In this document: in pieces, positions 1 through 12,110 of the stretch | Layout: the number at the start of each line of letters is the position of its first letter | Position numbering within the stretch: the stretch's first letter is position 1 | NCBI RefSeq assembly: GCF_006345805.1 | Contig: NC_042997.1 | Coordinates: forward strand, 152,086,001-152,150,000 | DNA length: 64,000 nucleotides | Direction of reading: 5' to 3' | DNA from: Octopus sinensis | Taxonomy: Eukaryota | Position numbers and translations under genes: made by a program | Notes under the pieces: model-generated | What the model saw: the letters and a program-made list of their open reading frames with translations, nothing else | The model's database searches: none | Told to the model about the DNA's origin: nothing

Positions 1-476
1 TACATGCAAGTCATAAAGAAAACGAACGCGGGATGTGTGCCCGTGGAATGAAAATAGGCTTTTGGCTGTTGACCATAATTACATCATAATACAACTAGGT
101 GTGTTATTTGAGACATCGTCTCAGAACGGAATATTTCATAACAAGGGACAGGGGAATGTACTTTCATTTATGGAAGAAAAATATTATCATTTTGTGAGGT
201 GTGCTGTGCTCATCTTGCACAACAATACGTTCTACATATATGAGTGTGTGTGTGTGTATTTGCTACTTGCATATATAAATATATATACATATATATATAT
301 GTACACACATATATATATATACACACACATACAGATATATGTACATTTATATACATATATGTATATATATATTTCAACACTTAGACATATATATTTATAT
401 GTAAATATATAAAAATATATATGCATGTGTATACATACACAGACACAGACACACACACACACACACACACACACAC

Positions 477-512
<36 letters not shown>

Positions 513-1018
513 GGTGTATATACATAAACATATACACAATGAGTGAGATAAAATGTTGGTGGGATCAGACAAATAGAAATACATGCAGACAGACATACAG
601 ACAGACAGACAGATACACACAGATAGACTGGGACATACATACATGCATACATACATGCATACATACATACATGCACACGAACACGTACGCACATGCATAC
701 ACACATATATATTTGTGTTCACGTATATGATGTGTAGCTTTATCTTTTTTTTTATTAACAGTTTTTAGAATTCCCTTGGAAGTCCTTTGCACTTTCTTGA
801 AACATTCAATTTCCTAAAGCTACGATCAACGTCTCTACACATACATAAGGTTTACAAGCTTTAGTATTGGAAACAAAATGCAAGGAACACGTGAAAATAC
901 GAAGGAACGGTGATACAAAAGATAAAAAAAATAAAGACTACCGTGTTTTCAATGCAATATATGTTTAAAAGCAAAACGATGTTCATATATAAACGTTTAT
1001 TTATATACATGTGTGTGA

Positions 1019-1049
<31 letters not shown>

Positions 1050-1287
1050 TAATATATATATATATAATATATATATATTATATATATATATATATATATG
1101 TGTATATATATATATATACACGAATATATATGTATGTGTGTATATATGTGTGTGTGTGTATATATTATATATATATACGCATGCATATATATATATGTAA
1201 ATATCTATGTATGTATGCATATATACATACATATATTTATGTGTGTGTGTGTGTAAATATATACGTATGAATTTATGTATATGTATG

Positions 1288-1322
<35 letters not shown>

Positions 1323-2060
1323 GTATGTTATGTATAAATATGTGCGTGCGTATGTATGTATGTGTATGTGTATATATGTGCATATGCCCGAGTATGTGGT
1401 TATATACATATGTGTGTGTGAGTGAGTTTGTGTGTGTTTGTGCGTGTATTTATAGATGCTTATATACAAGCCTTGATACTATCAAATTGTGTATGTATAT
1501 ATATATATATATATCTATATATATATATATATCTATATATATATAATATGCATGTATGTATGTATACTATACATAACAAGTGCAGTTATTAGCGTTGAAG
1601 TGGGGATGGTCTTCAATAAAATGAAAGGAAAATGGGAATACGAGATTGGCAGATGTTCTCGACAAATCCCCCATTAAACTAGGCGATGCTTTTACATCTT
1701 CAGTGAAAATATTTGACAGAATTGAATCCATATCAATCAGATTTAACTAAAAAAAATCTTGCGTTTCTATTTTTACAGACTTAAAACATTTTATTTATTC
1801 TTCTCTCCAGGCTTGCACACAAAATGGGAAAATAATGTACGTCTTTCTTGTAGTCCACTTTCATAGACAAGTAATCAAGCAACAGAAGTTTTAGGCCCGT
1901 GTATAAAACGATATAAATATATAAATAATAACAGTATTACGGTATATGCTAGCAGCATCGAGTCTCGCAATGCGTCGTTGGCACACTTATTTTCAGGTTC
2001 CTAGAAGTGCATTGCTTTCGAACAAGAACTGTTTCATGGATGACGGTATCGACCAGAGTG

Positions 2061-2332
2061 TCAGATGATATTGTACACTGCTTGTAATGATGCGTTTTGT
2101 ATTGTTTTAACTTTCAAAGGCTGCCACCCCAGAGTCTTAGTGGGCAGTCCTGAATTGCTTCTGAACGAACCCTTAGTCAGTTGCAAGGCTAACCATTTAC
2201 AGCTGAGTTGACTGGAGCAACATGAAATGAAGTGCTTTTTCCTTAAAAACACAATGCACTGCAGATCAAAGAATCGAAACCACAATCTCATGATCGTGAA
2301 TGCAACACCCTAACCACTGGGCTATGTGCCTC
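2061..2332 (-). mobile_element. tRNA-derived SINE (tail related to the 2736-3046 copy)
   Basis: Minus strand reads gaggcacatagcccagtggttaggg...gtggtttcgattc (A/B-box-like), followed by a body and tail resembling the 2736-3046 element. Confidence 0.75.
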
Positions 2333-2350
2333 TGTAGTATACATACATAT

Positions 2351-2427
<77 letters not shown>

Positions 2428-2452
2428 AGTAATCATATACGCACATATATAT

Positions 2453-2711
2453 ATCATTGCTATTATGTTAAACAGTCGTATGTCAAAATTTGCCCAATTA
2501 TTTTCTGATATTTATTTTTGCTTGCAATAGCCGGTTATTTTCGTCTCACTATCGTATCTCCAGCTGCTTCAGATATCAAGATATGAAAACTGTCAAAGTG
2601 TAGTACAATGGTTTTGCTAATGCAAAAAGAAATGGAATGGTGAAACTATTCTTTCGTTTTCTGTAAAAGCAACGTTTTGAACTTACGACACCTTTGCATA
2701 ATAGCAACGAT
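2453..2711. mobile_element. MITE with 15-bp TIRs, TA-flanked (Tc1/mariner-type non-autonomous), internally deleted copy
   Basis: atcattgctattatg ... cataatagcaacgat inverted termini within (TA)n; homologous longer copy at 38010-38418. Confidence 0.8.
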
Positions 2712-2735
2712 ATATATATATATATATATATATGT

Positions 2736-3039
2736 GGAGGTGCAATGGCCCAGCCAGTGGTTAGGGCAGCGGACTCGCGGTCGTAGGATCGCGGTTTCGA
2801 TTCCAAGACTGGGCGTTGTGAGTGTTTATTGAGCGAAAACACCTAAAAAGCCCCACGAGGCTCCGGCAGGGGGGGGGGTGATCCCTGCTGTACTCTTTCA
2901 CCACTCTTTCTTCCACTCTGTCTTCTGTTGGCCTGCTCGCTTAGTCAGCGGGGTGGCGTCATTCGAAAGCTAAAACAATGCGAACGCATTGTGACCAGCG
3001 ATGTGTAACAAAATCGGATGGTCTGGTCGGTCACGTGAT

Positions 3040-3046
<7 letters not shown>
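2736..3046 (+). mobile_element. tRNA-derived SINE
   Basis: ggaggtgcaatggcccagccagtggttaggg (A box region) and ggtttcgattcc (B box), followed by body and tail. Confidence 0.8.
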
Positions 3047-3084
<38 letters not shown>

Positions 3085-3089
<5 letters not shown>

Positions 3090-3466
3090 TCTCCGACAAA
3101 TCTGCTCTCAGCTTGCTACTTATTCTATCGAATCTTTTGCCCAACCGCTAAGTGACGAGGATGTAAATATACCTACACCGGCTGTCAAGTCGTGGTGGGA
3201 AACAAACGCAGACATAAAGACTCACACATGCATTCATATTCATATATTCATATAAATATATATTTGTGTTTGTATGTATATATGTTGTGTATGTGTATGT
3301 GTGTCTGTATGTCTGTGTGCACGTGTTACCCTTCTTTCAGTTTCTGTCTACCAAATCCATTTATAATGTAGAAGAGACTTGGCTAAGGTGCCACGCAGAG
3401 TGGCTGAATCCGGAACCATCTGGTTAGGAAACAATCCCCTTACCACACAGCCACGACTGCGCCTAA
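3085..3466 (-). mobile_element. Decayed bipartite SINE (family A, CORE-like) with internal microsatellite
   Basis: Matches both halves of the 19929-20330 copy (ccgctaagtgacg; aaggtgccacgcag; ttaccacacagccac). Confidence 0.7.
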
Positions 3467-3481
3467 AAATGCACGCCGAAC

Positions 3482-3512
<31 letters not shown>

Positions 3513-4229
3513 TGTATGTATGTATGTATGTATGTATGTACATGAAGTGTGAAAAGTCAGCTTCATTACGGATATAAGCATAGTCTCAAGCAGTGAGAGA
3601 ATATACCAACCATTATTCCAGACTAATTAACGATGTAAATTTGTATCTGTAATCATTATCACACTTGATTATGTTACCAAATGTTTAGACAATAAACTTG
3701 AAAAAATCCGGGTTTTAAGCAGACAGAAAGATTATCTGTAAAGGAGCCGGTGAAAATATGCAAAACTACTTTTCGAAAGCTACTGTGTAAATCTATACAG
3801 TTGTTGATGTCGAAATTCCAATAATGAATATTTATTACTTGGTTTACGACGGATACCGTTGCGAAGGAAGAATTCAAAGAATTTAAAAGAAAGAAGATAC
3901 ACAAACGCAAAGGCATTTGATCAAACGTATAACTAAATGTTTAGCATTTTTTTTTAAAGAAAAACAAAATATTGTGATATTGAGACGTTCACTCTTTCCA
4001 CTTTCTAACGACTGTATATGAAACTGATCATAACATTAATCCTAAATGTACTATGATATATCTCACAGGACCGGATGTAAGTTCTTTTCTTTTTGTTGTG
4101 TGAGGGTTGTTGTTCCTTTCATTCATTAACACAATGTTAGACCTATAACCAAAGACATTCAAATCATATCCATTCTGTCTTTCGATTTTCAAAAATACTA
4201 CATCTCAGGATATATTATTAATATTAATT

Positions 4230-4525
4230 TCAGATTTTGGTACGAGGCCAGCAAATTCAGGGGAGAAGGCTCGTTGAATACATCGATCCCAACACTCAAC
4301 TGGTACTTATTTCATCAACCCCGAAAGGATGAAAGGCAAAGCAGACCATGGCAGAATTTCAACTCAGAACCGGATACATTATTAATATTACCATAAGGTG
4401 GCGAGCTGGCAGGATCGTTAGCGTGTCGCGCAAAATGCTTAGTGGTAGTTTGCATATCTTTACGTTTTTAGTTCAAATTCCATTGAGGTCGACTTTTGGG
4501 TCGATAAAATAGGTACCATTTGAAT
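4230..4525. mobile_element. Two oppositely oriented Nin/Deu-domain-like SINE fragments
   Basis: actggtacttatttcatcaaccccgaaaggatgaaaggcaaag (minus) and gttcaaattccattgaggtcgact...gggtcgataaaataggtacca (plus). Confidence 0.7.
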
Positions 4526-4610
4526 ACTGGGATGTTTTGTTTATACCTGTCGTTCTTAAACTGAGACTTAATACTCACTCGGGGACTTTGTAACCTCCGA
4601 AGGGGTATAT

Positions 4611-4760
4611 TATATACATTTGACGGATATTTGTCCTCATCTTGTTTGTTGTTAACACAACGTTTCGGCTGATATACCCTTCAGCCTTCATCAGGTGTCT
4701 TGGGGAAATTTTGAACCTGGGTTCTCATTCCTAAGGTATTTATCGATGTTGTTATTATTA
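4611..4760 (-). repeat. Hammerhead-containing repeat body (inverted copy of 7853-7970)
   Basis: Reverse complement matches 7835-7970 except for a 27-nt segment missing from the right copy. Confidence 0.9.
4654..4699 (-). ncRNA. Minimal type I hammerhead ribozyme motif (Penelope-type)
   Basis: Minus strand: gacac-CUGAUGA-a-ggcuga(agggUaua)ucagcc-GAAA-CG-U-U-guguu; stem I gacac/guguu, 6-bp stem II, palindromic ACGU stem III. Confidence 0.75.
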
Positions 4761-4762
4761 GG

Positions 4763-4815
4763 GCTCGGGCTACTAAGCCCAAGTTCCTAGTTCGATTCCA
4801 GGCAATGACTTGAGT
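4763..4815 (+). mobile_element. 3' half of a tRNA-like SINE head
   Basis: gggc-tactaa-gccc anticodon-like arm; cctag-ttcgatt-ccagg T-arm with B box GTTCGATTCC, followed by (TAA)n. Confidence 0.6.
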
Positions 4816-4879
4816 AATAATAATAATAATAATAATAATATAATAATAATAATAATAATAATAATATAATAATAATAAT

Positions 4880-7832
4880 TAAAAAAAAGTGATATCACTG
4901 AACTAAATGACTTGATATACGCAGCAGCCACTGCAGCCACAAAAGAAGCTGGATACTCACCCAAACCCGCCCAAACAGGAGTACCACCACCCAAACAAAC
5001 CCTGTGGATAAATAACATCCAAAACAAAATTAAAAAAATTAGAAAACACCTGTCGATTCTTAATGAAATCAGCACACAAGCAACGCTACTGAGCAACAAA
5101 AAGAGAACAAAAATGCTCCGCAAATATAACATCACAGAAAAAGATTTGCCGGAGATAAAAGAAAAGCTGAAGCAAGATATCCTTGCCAAAGCTCAAAGGA
5201 TCCGCCGGTACGAGAAACGCAAACGCTTCTTTGAACAGAACAAAAAGTTCAACTCCGACCCCAAAAAGTTCTACCAAGAACTGGGAAAAAATAAAATAGA
5301 AGTCACTGCAGCACCAACGGCAGAAGAATTGGAAGAATTCTGGAGAGAAATATGGTCGGCGAACGAACAGCCAAAAAAAAGGAGTATGAAAATAACAAAC
5401 TCGGCATCTGAACAACGTTGGACCCCCATAACAACTGAAGAGGTCACCCAGGCACTGCAAAAACTAAGCAACTGGAAGGCACCTGGGCATGACAAGATCC
5501 CCAACTTCTGGTTGAAGTATCTAACAGGAATGCACAAAAAGCTGGCTGAAAACTTTAACAGCATACTAGCAGAGCCAGAGACAATGCCTGAATGGCTCAC
5601 GAAGGGGAAAACCATCTTAATTCCCAACTCAAATGAAACAACAAAACCAGAAAACTACAGACCAATAACCTGCCTCCCTACTATATTCAAGGCATTTACT
5701 GCAGTGATATCGCAGAGGCTGAACAAGCACCTGGACGAAAACAAACTGTTCCCAGAAGAGCAGAAAGGATGCCGCAAAGGCTCATATGGCTGTAAAGATC
5801 AACTAATGATTAATAAAGCCGTAACTGAAGACAGCCACAGAAAGAAGAAAGGCCTCAGTATGGCCTGGATTGACTACAAAAAGGCGTTTGATAGCATCCC
5901 CCACACATGGATCCTCGAAACACTAGCCATTAACAAAGTAGCACCAACAATCATAAAATTCATAGAGCACTCTATGAATAAATGGCAAACAGTCCTACAC
6001 CTCCAAACAAAAGAAGGACTCATGAAAACCAAAGTCATCACCATTAGAAGAGGAATATTCCAGGGATACACGCTCTCTCCACTCCTTTTCTGCTTGGCAC
6101 TGTCACCTCTATCTGATATGCTAAATAGAACTGGATGCGGATATAAATGTTACGGCAAAACGATCAGCCACCTTTTATATATGGATGACCTAAAACTATA
6201 CGCTGCAAATGACAAACAGCTGGAAACACTATTAAAGACAGTTCATGGATTTACCAAAGAAATAGATATGAAATTTGGATTAGAAAAATGCGCCAAAGTA
6301 ACCATGAAAAGAGGAAAACTAGTTAAGAGTAACAACATCACACTAGATAAAACCAATGAAATAAAAGAATTAGACCAAAGCCAAACTTACAAATACTTAG
6401 GAATCCATGAACTAGATAAGACACAACACACACAAATGAAAGAGAAAATAAAAAAAGAATATTATAGACGAGTTAGATCAATACTAAAAACAGAGCTCAA
6501 TGCTAAAAACAAGATAATAGGTATCAACACTTTAGCTGTCCCAGTTATAAGTTACAGCTACAATATCCTTAACTGGACACGAAATGAACTGTCCAAAATA
6601 GATAGGAAAACAAGAAAAATACTGACAGGATCTAGGATGCATCACCCAAAATCTGACATAGAAAGACTATATATACAACGTATAGAAGGTGGTAGAAGCC
6701 TTATACAGCTGGAAAACTACTATAAAATAACCACCATAGGACTGCAAAAATACCTACTTCAGAAGGAACGAAAGCTGATCCAGATAGCAGCAAAACACGA
6801 GCAAAACAAAAAACTGTTCTCAGTATTTAAGGAAGCAGACAAATACAAACAAGAAATCATACCACCTAATAAACACAAAGAAGAAGAAGATGATGAAGAA
6901 ACAACAAAAGCTATAAAACAAATGAAATCCAAACTAAAAATAGAACAGCAACGACCATGATAAAACGATGGCAAGAAAAGCCCCTTCATGGTAAATACTG
7001 CACTAAACTAAACGCAAAAGAAATAGACAAAGAAAAATCCCAGCAATGGTTGAGAAGCTCAGGACTCAAAGCAGAAACAGAGGGATTTTTAATTGCAGCA
7101 CAAGACCAAAGCCTCCCCACCAGAAATTACCAAAAACATGTAATGAAAAGAAATATTACAAGTAACTGCAGAATATGTGGAGATGGACAAGAAACAATAA
7201 ATCATATTATCTCTAGCTGCCCAGTCCTGGCTAAGAAGGAATATATTCACAGACATGACAGAGTTGGAACCTACATACATTGGAAGCTATGCCAACATTA
7301 TGGAATAACAACAGAAAAAAGATGGTATAGGCACACACCAGAAAAGGTCACAGAAAACGAGAAAGCAACCATACTCTGGGATATGCCGATACACACAGAT
7401 AGAGAAATTAAGGCCAACAGACCAGATATAGTTGTCAGAGATCATGAAGAAAAAAATGCTTTCTAATTGATGTATCAATACCGGCAGATGACAACGTGTC
7501 TCTAAAAGAAATGGAGAAACTCTCAAAATACAAAGACCTGGAAATAGAGGTAACTAGAATGTGGAACCTGAAAACAGAAACAATTCCTATCATAGTAGGT
7601 GCATTAGGCATGATAAAAAAATATCCAGACAAATACATAACAAAAACACCAGGACTTACAAACACATATAACATACAGAAAATTGCACTACTAGGCACTG
7701 CACACATCCTACGCAGAACACTTTCCATACAATAACCATCAGAGCATCACAACAAATCACAGCACATACCCAAGGCACACAGAGCTGCGCTCGGTAGTGA
7801 AGTGAAAGCACGCTATAAAAATAAAACTACTG
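4880..7832 (+). mobile_element. Dong/R4-clade non-LTR retrotransposon (RT + CCHC + RLE), 5'-truncated, flanked by (TAA)n
   Basis: RT motifs KAPGHD, YRPITCL, DYKKAFDS, GIFQGYTLSP, YMDD; CRICG..ETINHIISSC zinc knuckle; RPDIVV..D..K..KYKDL endonuclease; (TAA)n at 4815-4879 and 7833-7852. Confidence 0.93.
4912..7735 (+). pseudogene. RT-RLE polyprotein ORF split by two 1-nt frameshifts (~6950 and ~7455)
   Basis: ORFs 4912-6960, 6957-7466 and 7496-7735 form one colinear protein; the second break is at an A homopolymer (gaagaaaaaaatgc). Confidence 0.9.
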
Positions 7833-7852
7833 AATAATAATAATAATAATAA

Positions 7853-8010
7853 CATCGAAAAATACCTTAGGAATGAGAACCCAGGTTCGAAATTTCACCA
7901 AGACACCTGATGAAGGCTGGAGTGTATATCAAGATGAGGACAAATATCCGTCAAATGTAAATAATGTAAATAATGTACAAAATTCTTTATTTCTTAAATA
8001 TAGAACTGTA
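7853..8010 (+). repeat. Hammerhead-family repeat body with the GAAA half deleted
   Basis: gacacCTGATGAaggctggagtgtatatca joins directly to agatgagg; gccgaaacgttgtgttaacaacaaaca is absent. Confidence 0.85.
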
Positions 8011-8519
8011 CTCCGAAGAGATAGTATAGTTAATGAGATGCTATGGGTGTTGGATGTTTAGAGAGCTTGTGATATTTATTAGAAATATAACACTTAAACC
8101 AAATATAAATATTTTAAACACATTTTCTGAAAAATGATGTCAAGACTGATGATGCACCAAGGTCAAATATAGCTTCCTTGTACAAGTCTGTACTTTTTTT
8201 TAGTAAATACTTAAGAAAGATAAATTTAATATATAATTCGATGAAAAGACACATGCAGGAAGAGATACTGTAAAAAATATATATAAGGCTAATTAACCAT
8301 TACGCAACATTGTCTTCTACTGATTAAGATTATTTTTTGCAAAAATAGAGGCCTGGGTAAGATGCGATTCTGTCAATGAGGACGCTCAGCTACAAACGGT
8401 TGAAAGCCACTGTTTTACAGAATCTGATTTGCATTACTTGCTACAATAACAATAGTCATTTCTTTAACTAGTCACAGTATCACAATTCTTGGTATAATGA
8501 GCAGTATACTATTGAGTGG

Positions 8520-8690
8520 GGAGGGTTAGTCGATATCATCAAGCTATGTATTTGACTGGTGCTTTATTTTACCGATTCGAAATAATGAAAGACGAAGTCG
8601 AATTCGGAAGAATTTGAACTTAGAACGTGAATCCAGAAGAAATGCATTTTGTCTAGCGTACTTCCTTCCATAAACCACAATACGTTGTGG
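8520..8690 (-). mobile_element. Decayed Nin/Deu-like SINE
   Basis: tgactggtgctttattttaccgattcgaaataatgaaagacgaagtcgaattcggaagaatttgaacttagaacg. Confidence 0.6.
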
Positions 8691-8819
8691 ACAGCAAACG
8701 TTTTCAATATATGAAAGAACAAATAATTTGAGTGAATCAACAAACTGAAATATAACCAAGATTGTAGTTATTTTATTTGTTTTGGTTGTATTTCTGATTG
8801 TAACGTAAAAAGATATAAG

Positions 8820-9041
8820 CAGTGTTTCCTTTAAGTTGTGTGTTTTTGGTGCGAACACGTTTTACTATTTGGGAATGAAAACAATGTGCGCACAGAGTTT
8901 TCGAGATGAAATCAAAAACTGATTGAAGAAATTTGAACGATGATTATTCAAATGCATGCGCACTTGCTTAGCAAATAAACACGAAATTTGCATACAAGTA
9001 ATTTTCTGCGCACACCTGCGGTAAAAATTAGAGGGACATTG
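8820..9041. mobile_element. Old MITE-like element, possibly hAT
   Basis: Imperfect termini cagtgtttcctttaa ... ttagagggacattg; no clear 8-bp TSD. Confidence 0.4.
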
Positions 9042-10348
9042 AACAGAACTGAACGCTAAAAATGTATTGGTTTGAACAATTTATCTCATCGTTAAATGAA
9101 AGCAAATCATTTCTGCCATTCCAGAGTCTTTCACAAATAGTTTCTAACATAAACAAAATTAGGAAGGTTCACAGTTGATAGGTGAGCCCCCACCTGTAAG
9201 CTTGTGGATGTATGTATGTATGGGTAAGTTTATTTTGACAATTCACGCCATACAGAGGAAAGAAGTCGAACCTTACTCCCGTGCGGTTCGATCTCAAACC
9301 ATATAAGAGAATCTAAGTAAAAACACCAATGGGTTTAGTCCGACTCACTAGCAAAATTCTGAAATTTCCAATCGTCTAGGAGGATGAGGGGGAAGACGAC
9401 GAGGAGGAGGAGGTGGTGGTGGTGGTGTAGGGCAATTACGATGATGTTGACAACGGCAACAAAACCTACTGCAACCGCCACAACAACGAAGACAACATCT
9501 CAAGTAACTTCAACACCAACAACAGCAACAACTTCTGCAGCAACAGGGATAACAACAATAACAACAGACATAATTCGATGGGATTTTGTCATATTTCCTT
9601 CGCCTTCTTAAAGTAATAGATCAACAAATTAAGGAATTTTGTAAATATGACTCATGAACAAGGAGCAGAGGAGATTGGACAGAAAGAGCTTCAACAAGAG
9701 TGCAGGACAGAATTAGGGCAACGTGTTTCCCCCCCACACACACACACACAAACACGAACAAACACACATCAATCCCGATCCATTTCTCATTTTCTCTCTT
9801 TGCTTGTTATATGTCTTGCCTCTCTTACTCGTTTCTCTTCTTCTTCTTTCAATTTCTCTTGTTACCTCTCTGCTTACCTTCCAATCTATCCTTCTCAATC
9901 TTTCTTTCTCTCTGTCTCACTTTATCTATCTCACAAACCTTTCAATTTATTCTTCTCTCTAACTGTCAATCTATTTCTTTCTTTCTGTCTGTCTGTCTAT
10001 CTTACTATCTCTCACTGTAGCGAGTGAGCCACGCTTTATCTGATCAATAAGTTACCTCCCATTTCAAATTAAATGATATTGAGAACGGTACTGTCTCGAA
10101 GAATTATATCTCCAAGTTGGATGAAAACTTACAGAATTGTATCAATAGGGATAACATATAAATATTTGTTTCTTTGTTCACTCGTTCAGCTATTTGCTTG
10201 TTGAGTTACTATTTTCATTTATTTCTTTATATTCTCCGTTTATTTTCTTCTCTTATGACTCAGAAGTCTGGGAAGACATCTATAAAGAAAGGCCTGCTAC
10301 TTTTAAGCCGTGTGTGTATTTATATATGCTTAAGTATATATATATTTG

Positions 10349-10387
<39 letters not shown>

Positions 10388-10909
10388 GCACGTGTGTCTG
10401 TGTTTATATGCGTTTGTGTGGGTGGTGTGAGTGTGTGGTGGCAGAGGATGGGAATATTGGGAGCTTGTGTGGATGTTTGTATATAGTTATTTGTAATGTT
10501 TGTGAGTACATATTTACGTACATGTATGGTATTTTTCTTTTGCGCTCAAATTGCCTCCGTCTATAAGTAAGTATTTTTTTTTTCTTTTCCACTATAAATC
10601 CATTCAACTAGGTAGTTACTTATGAATATATCTCTATAAATCCATCTAGATGGGCGCTTTTACAAACTACAATCACCATATTACTATAGAAAACCATATA
10701 TAAATATTATACTTATAATAAACACATAGAGTTCCTATGTGTGTATGTGTGTGTATGTAAGCATGTACATATATGTGTGCGAATGTGTATGTGCGCGTGT
10801 GTGTATATATACGTATATAAATCCATATATGCAGATACATATTCACATGTACATAAACATACATAAATGTGTGCAGATATATGTGAGTGTGTGTACATAT
10901 ACTTAGAAT

Positions 10910-10950
<41 letters not shown>

Positions 10951-10961
10951 CTGTGTGTGTT

Positions 10962-11175
10962 ATTTTACTTATTTCAGTCATTTGACTGCGGCCATCCTGG
11001 TCACTGTCTCAAAGGCATTTTTTTTGTTTTTTTAGTCGAAGAAACTGACCCCAGTAATTATTCTTTGTAAGCCTAGTATTTACTTTATTGCTCCCTTTTG
11101 CCGAACTGCTAAGTTACGGGGGCGTAAATACACCAGCATCGGTTGTGAAGAGATAATGGGGGAACGGACACAAAG
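10962..11175 (-). mobile_element. Family A SINE, 3' half
   Basis: tttcagtcatttgactgcggccat...ttttgccgaactgctaagttacgggg...accagcatcggttg. Confidence 0.8.
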
Positions 11176-11347
11176 ACGCCTGCACATAAACATATGCATA
11201 TATATCACGTGACCACGTGGACAGGAGAGGCCGGTATGTATGGGCTTCCATAAACAACCTTGCCCGGACTTGTGACTCGGAGGGTAACTTCCTAGGTGAT
11301 ATCCCATGGTCACTCATGACCTAAGGGGGTCTCAGCATGCATATGTT

Positions 11348-11380
<33 letters not shown>

Positions 11381-11579
11381 ATGTGTGTGTGTGTGTGTGT
11401 GTGTGTATGTTGATTTATTGTGTGTTTCTTAGATGGCTTACAAACACCTTCCACGCTGCAATTGTTTTCGTTCCAGCACACGATCTCAGATCAAATCACT
11501 TGCTATGCGAGTACATAATATCCGTATATATATATATATATATATATAATTATATATATATATTATATATATATATATG

Positions 11580-11611
<32 letters not shown>

Positions 11612-11617
11612 TATAAT

Positions 11618-11663
<46 letters not shown>

Positions 11664-11713
11664 ATATAAATATATTATATATATAGATATGTTTGTGTTT
11701 GTGTGTATGTATG

Positions 11714-11747
<34 letters not shown>

Positions 11748-11795
11748 TGTATGTATGTATGTATGTATGTATGTATGTATGCATATGTTTGTGAA

Positions 11796-12110
11796 GGCGC
11801 ATGGCTCAGTGGTTAGAGCGAGATTGTGAGTTCGAATTCCCGACCGAGATACATGTTGTGTTCTTGAGCAAGACACTTTATTTCACGTTGCTCCTCTTCA
11901 CTTAGCTGTTAAAATGAGTTGCAACGTTACAGGCGCCAAGCTTTATCGACCTTTTCCTTTCCTTTGGATAACACTGGTGGCGTGGATAGGGGAGGCCGGT
12001 ATGTATGGGCTTCCATAAACAACCTTGCCCGGACTTGTGACTCGGAGGGTAACTTCCTGGGTGATATCCCATGGTCACTCATGACCTAAGGGGGTATCAG
12101 CATGCATATG
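11796..12110 (+). mobile_element. tRNA-derived SINE (family B)
   Basis: ggcgcatggctcagtggttagagcg A box, gttcgaattcc B box, tgtgttcttgagcaagacacttt core; same family as 58392-58720. Confidence 0.85.

Noticed and set aside
6940-7470. Programmed frameshifting in the Dong ORF
   Set aside because: R4/Dong elements have a single ORF; 1-bp indels are common throughout this window, so mutation or sequencing error is simpler
10264-10309. Possible 46-nt exon encoding EVWEDIYKERPATFKP after a long pyrimidine tract
   Set aside because: Weak donor (gtgtgt, in a microsatellite), no recognisable protein, no partner exons identified; needs RNA-seq
11796-11860. tRNA genes at SINE heads (also 2736, 19929, 58650-58720)
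   Set aside because: They have A/B boxes but no complete cloverleaf or acceptor stem, and continue into SINE bodies
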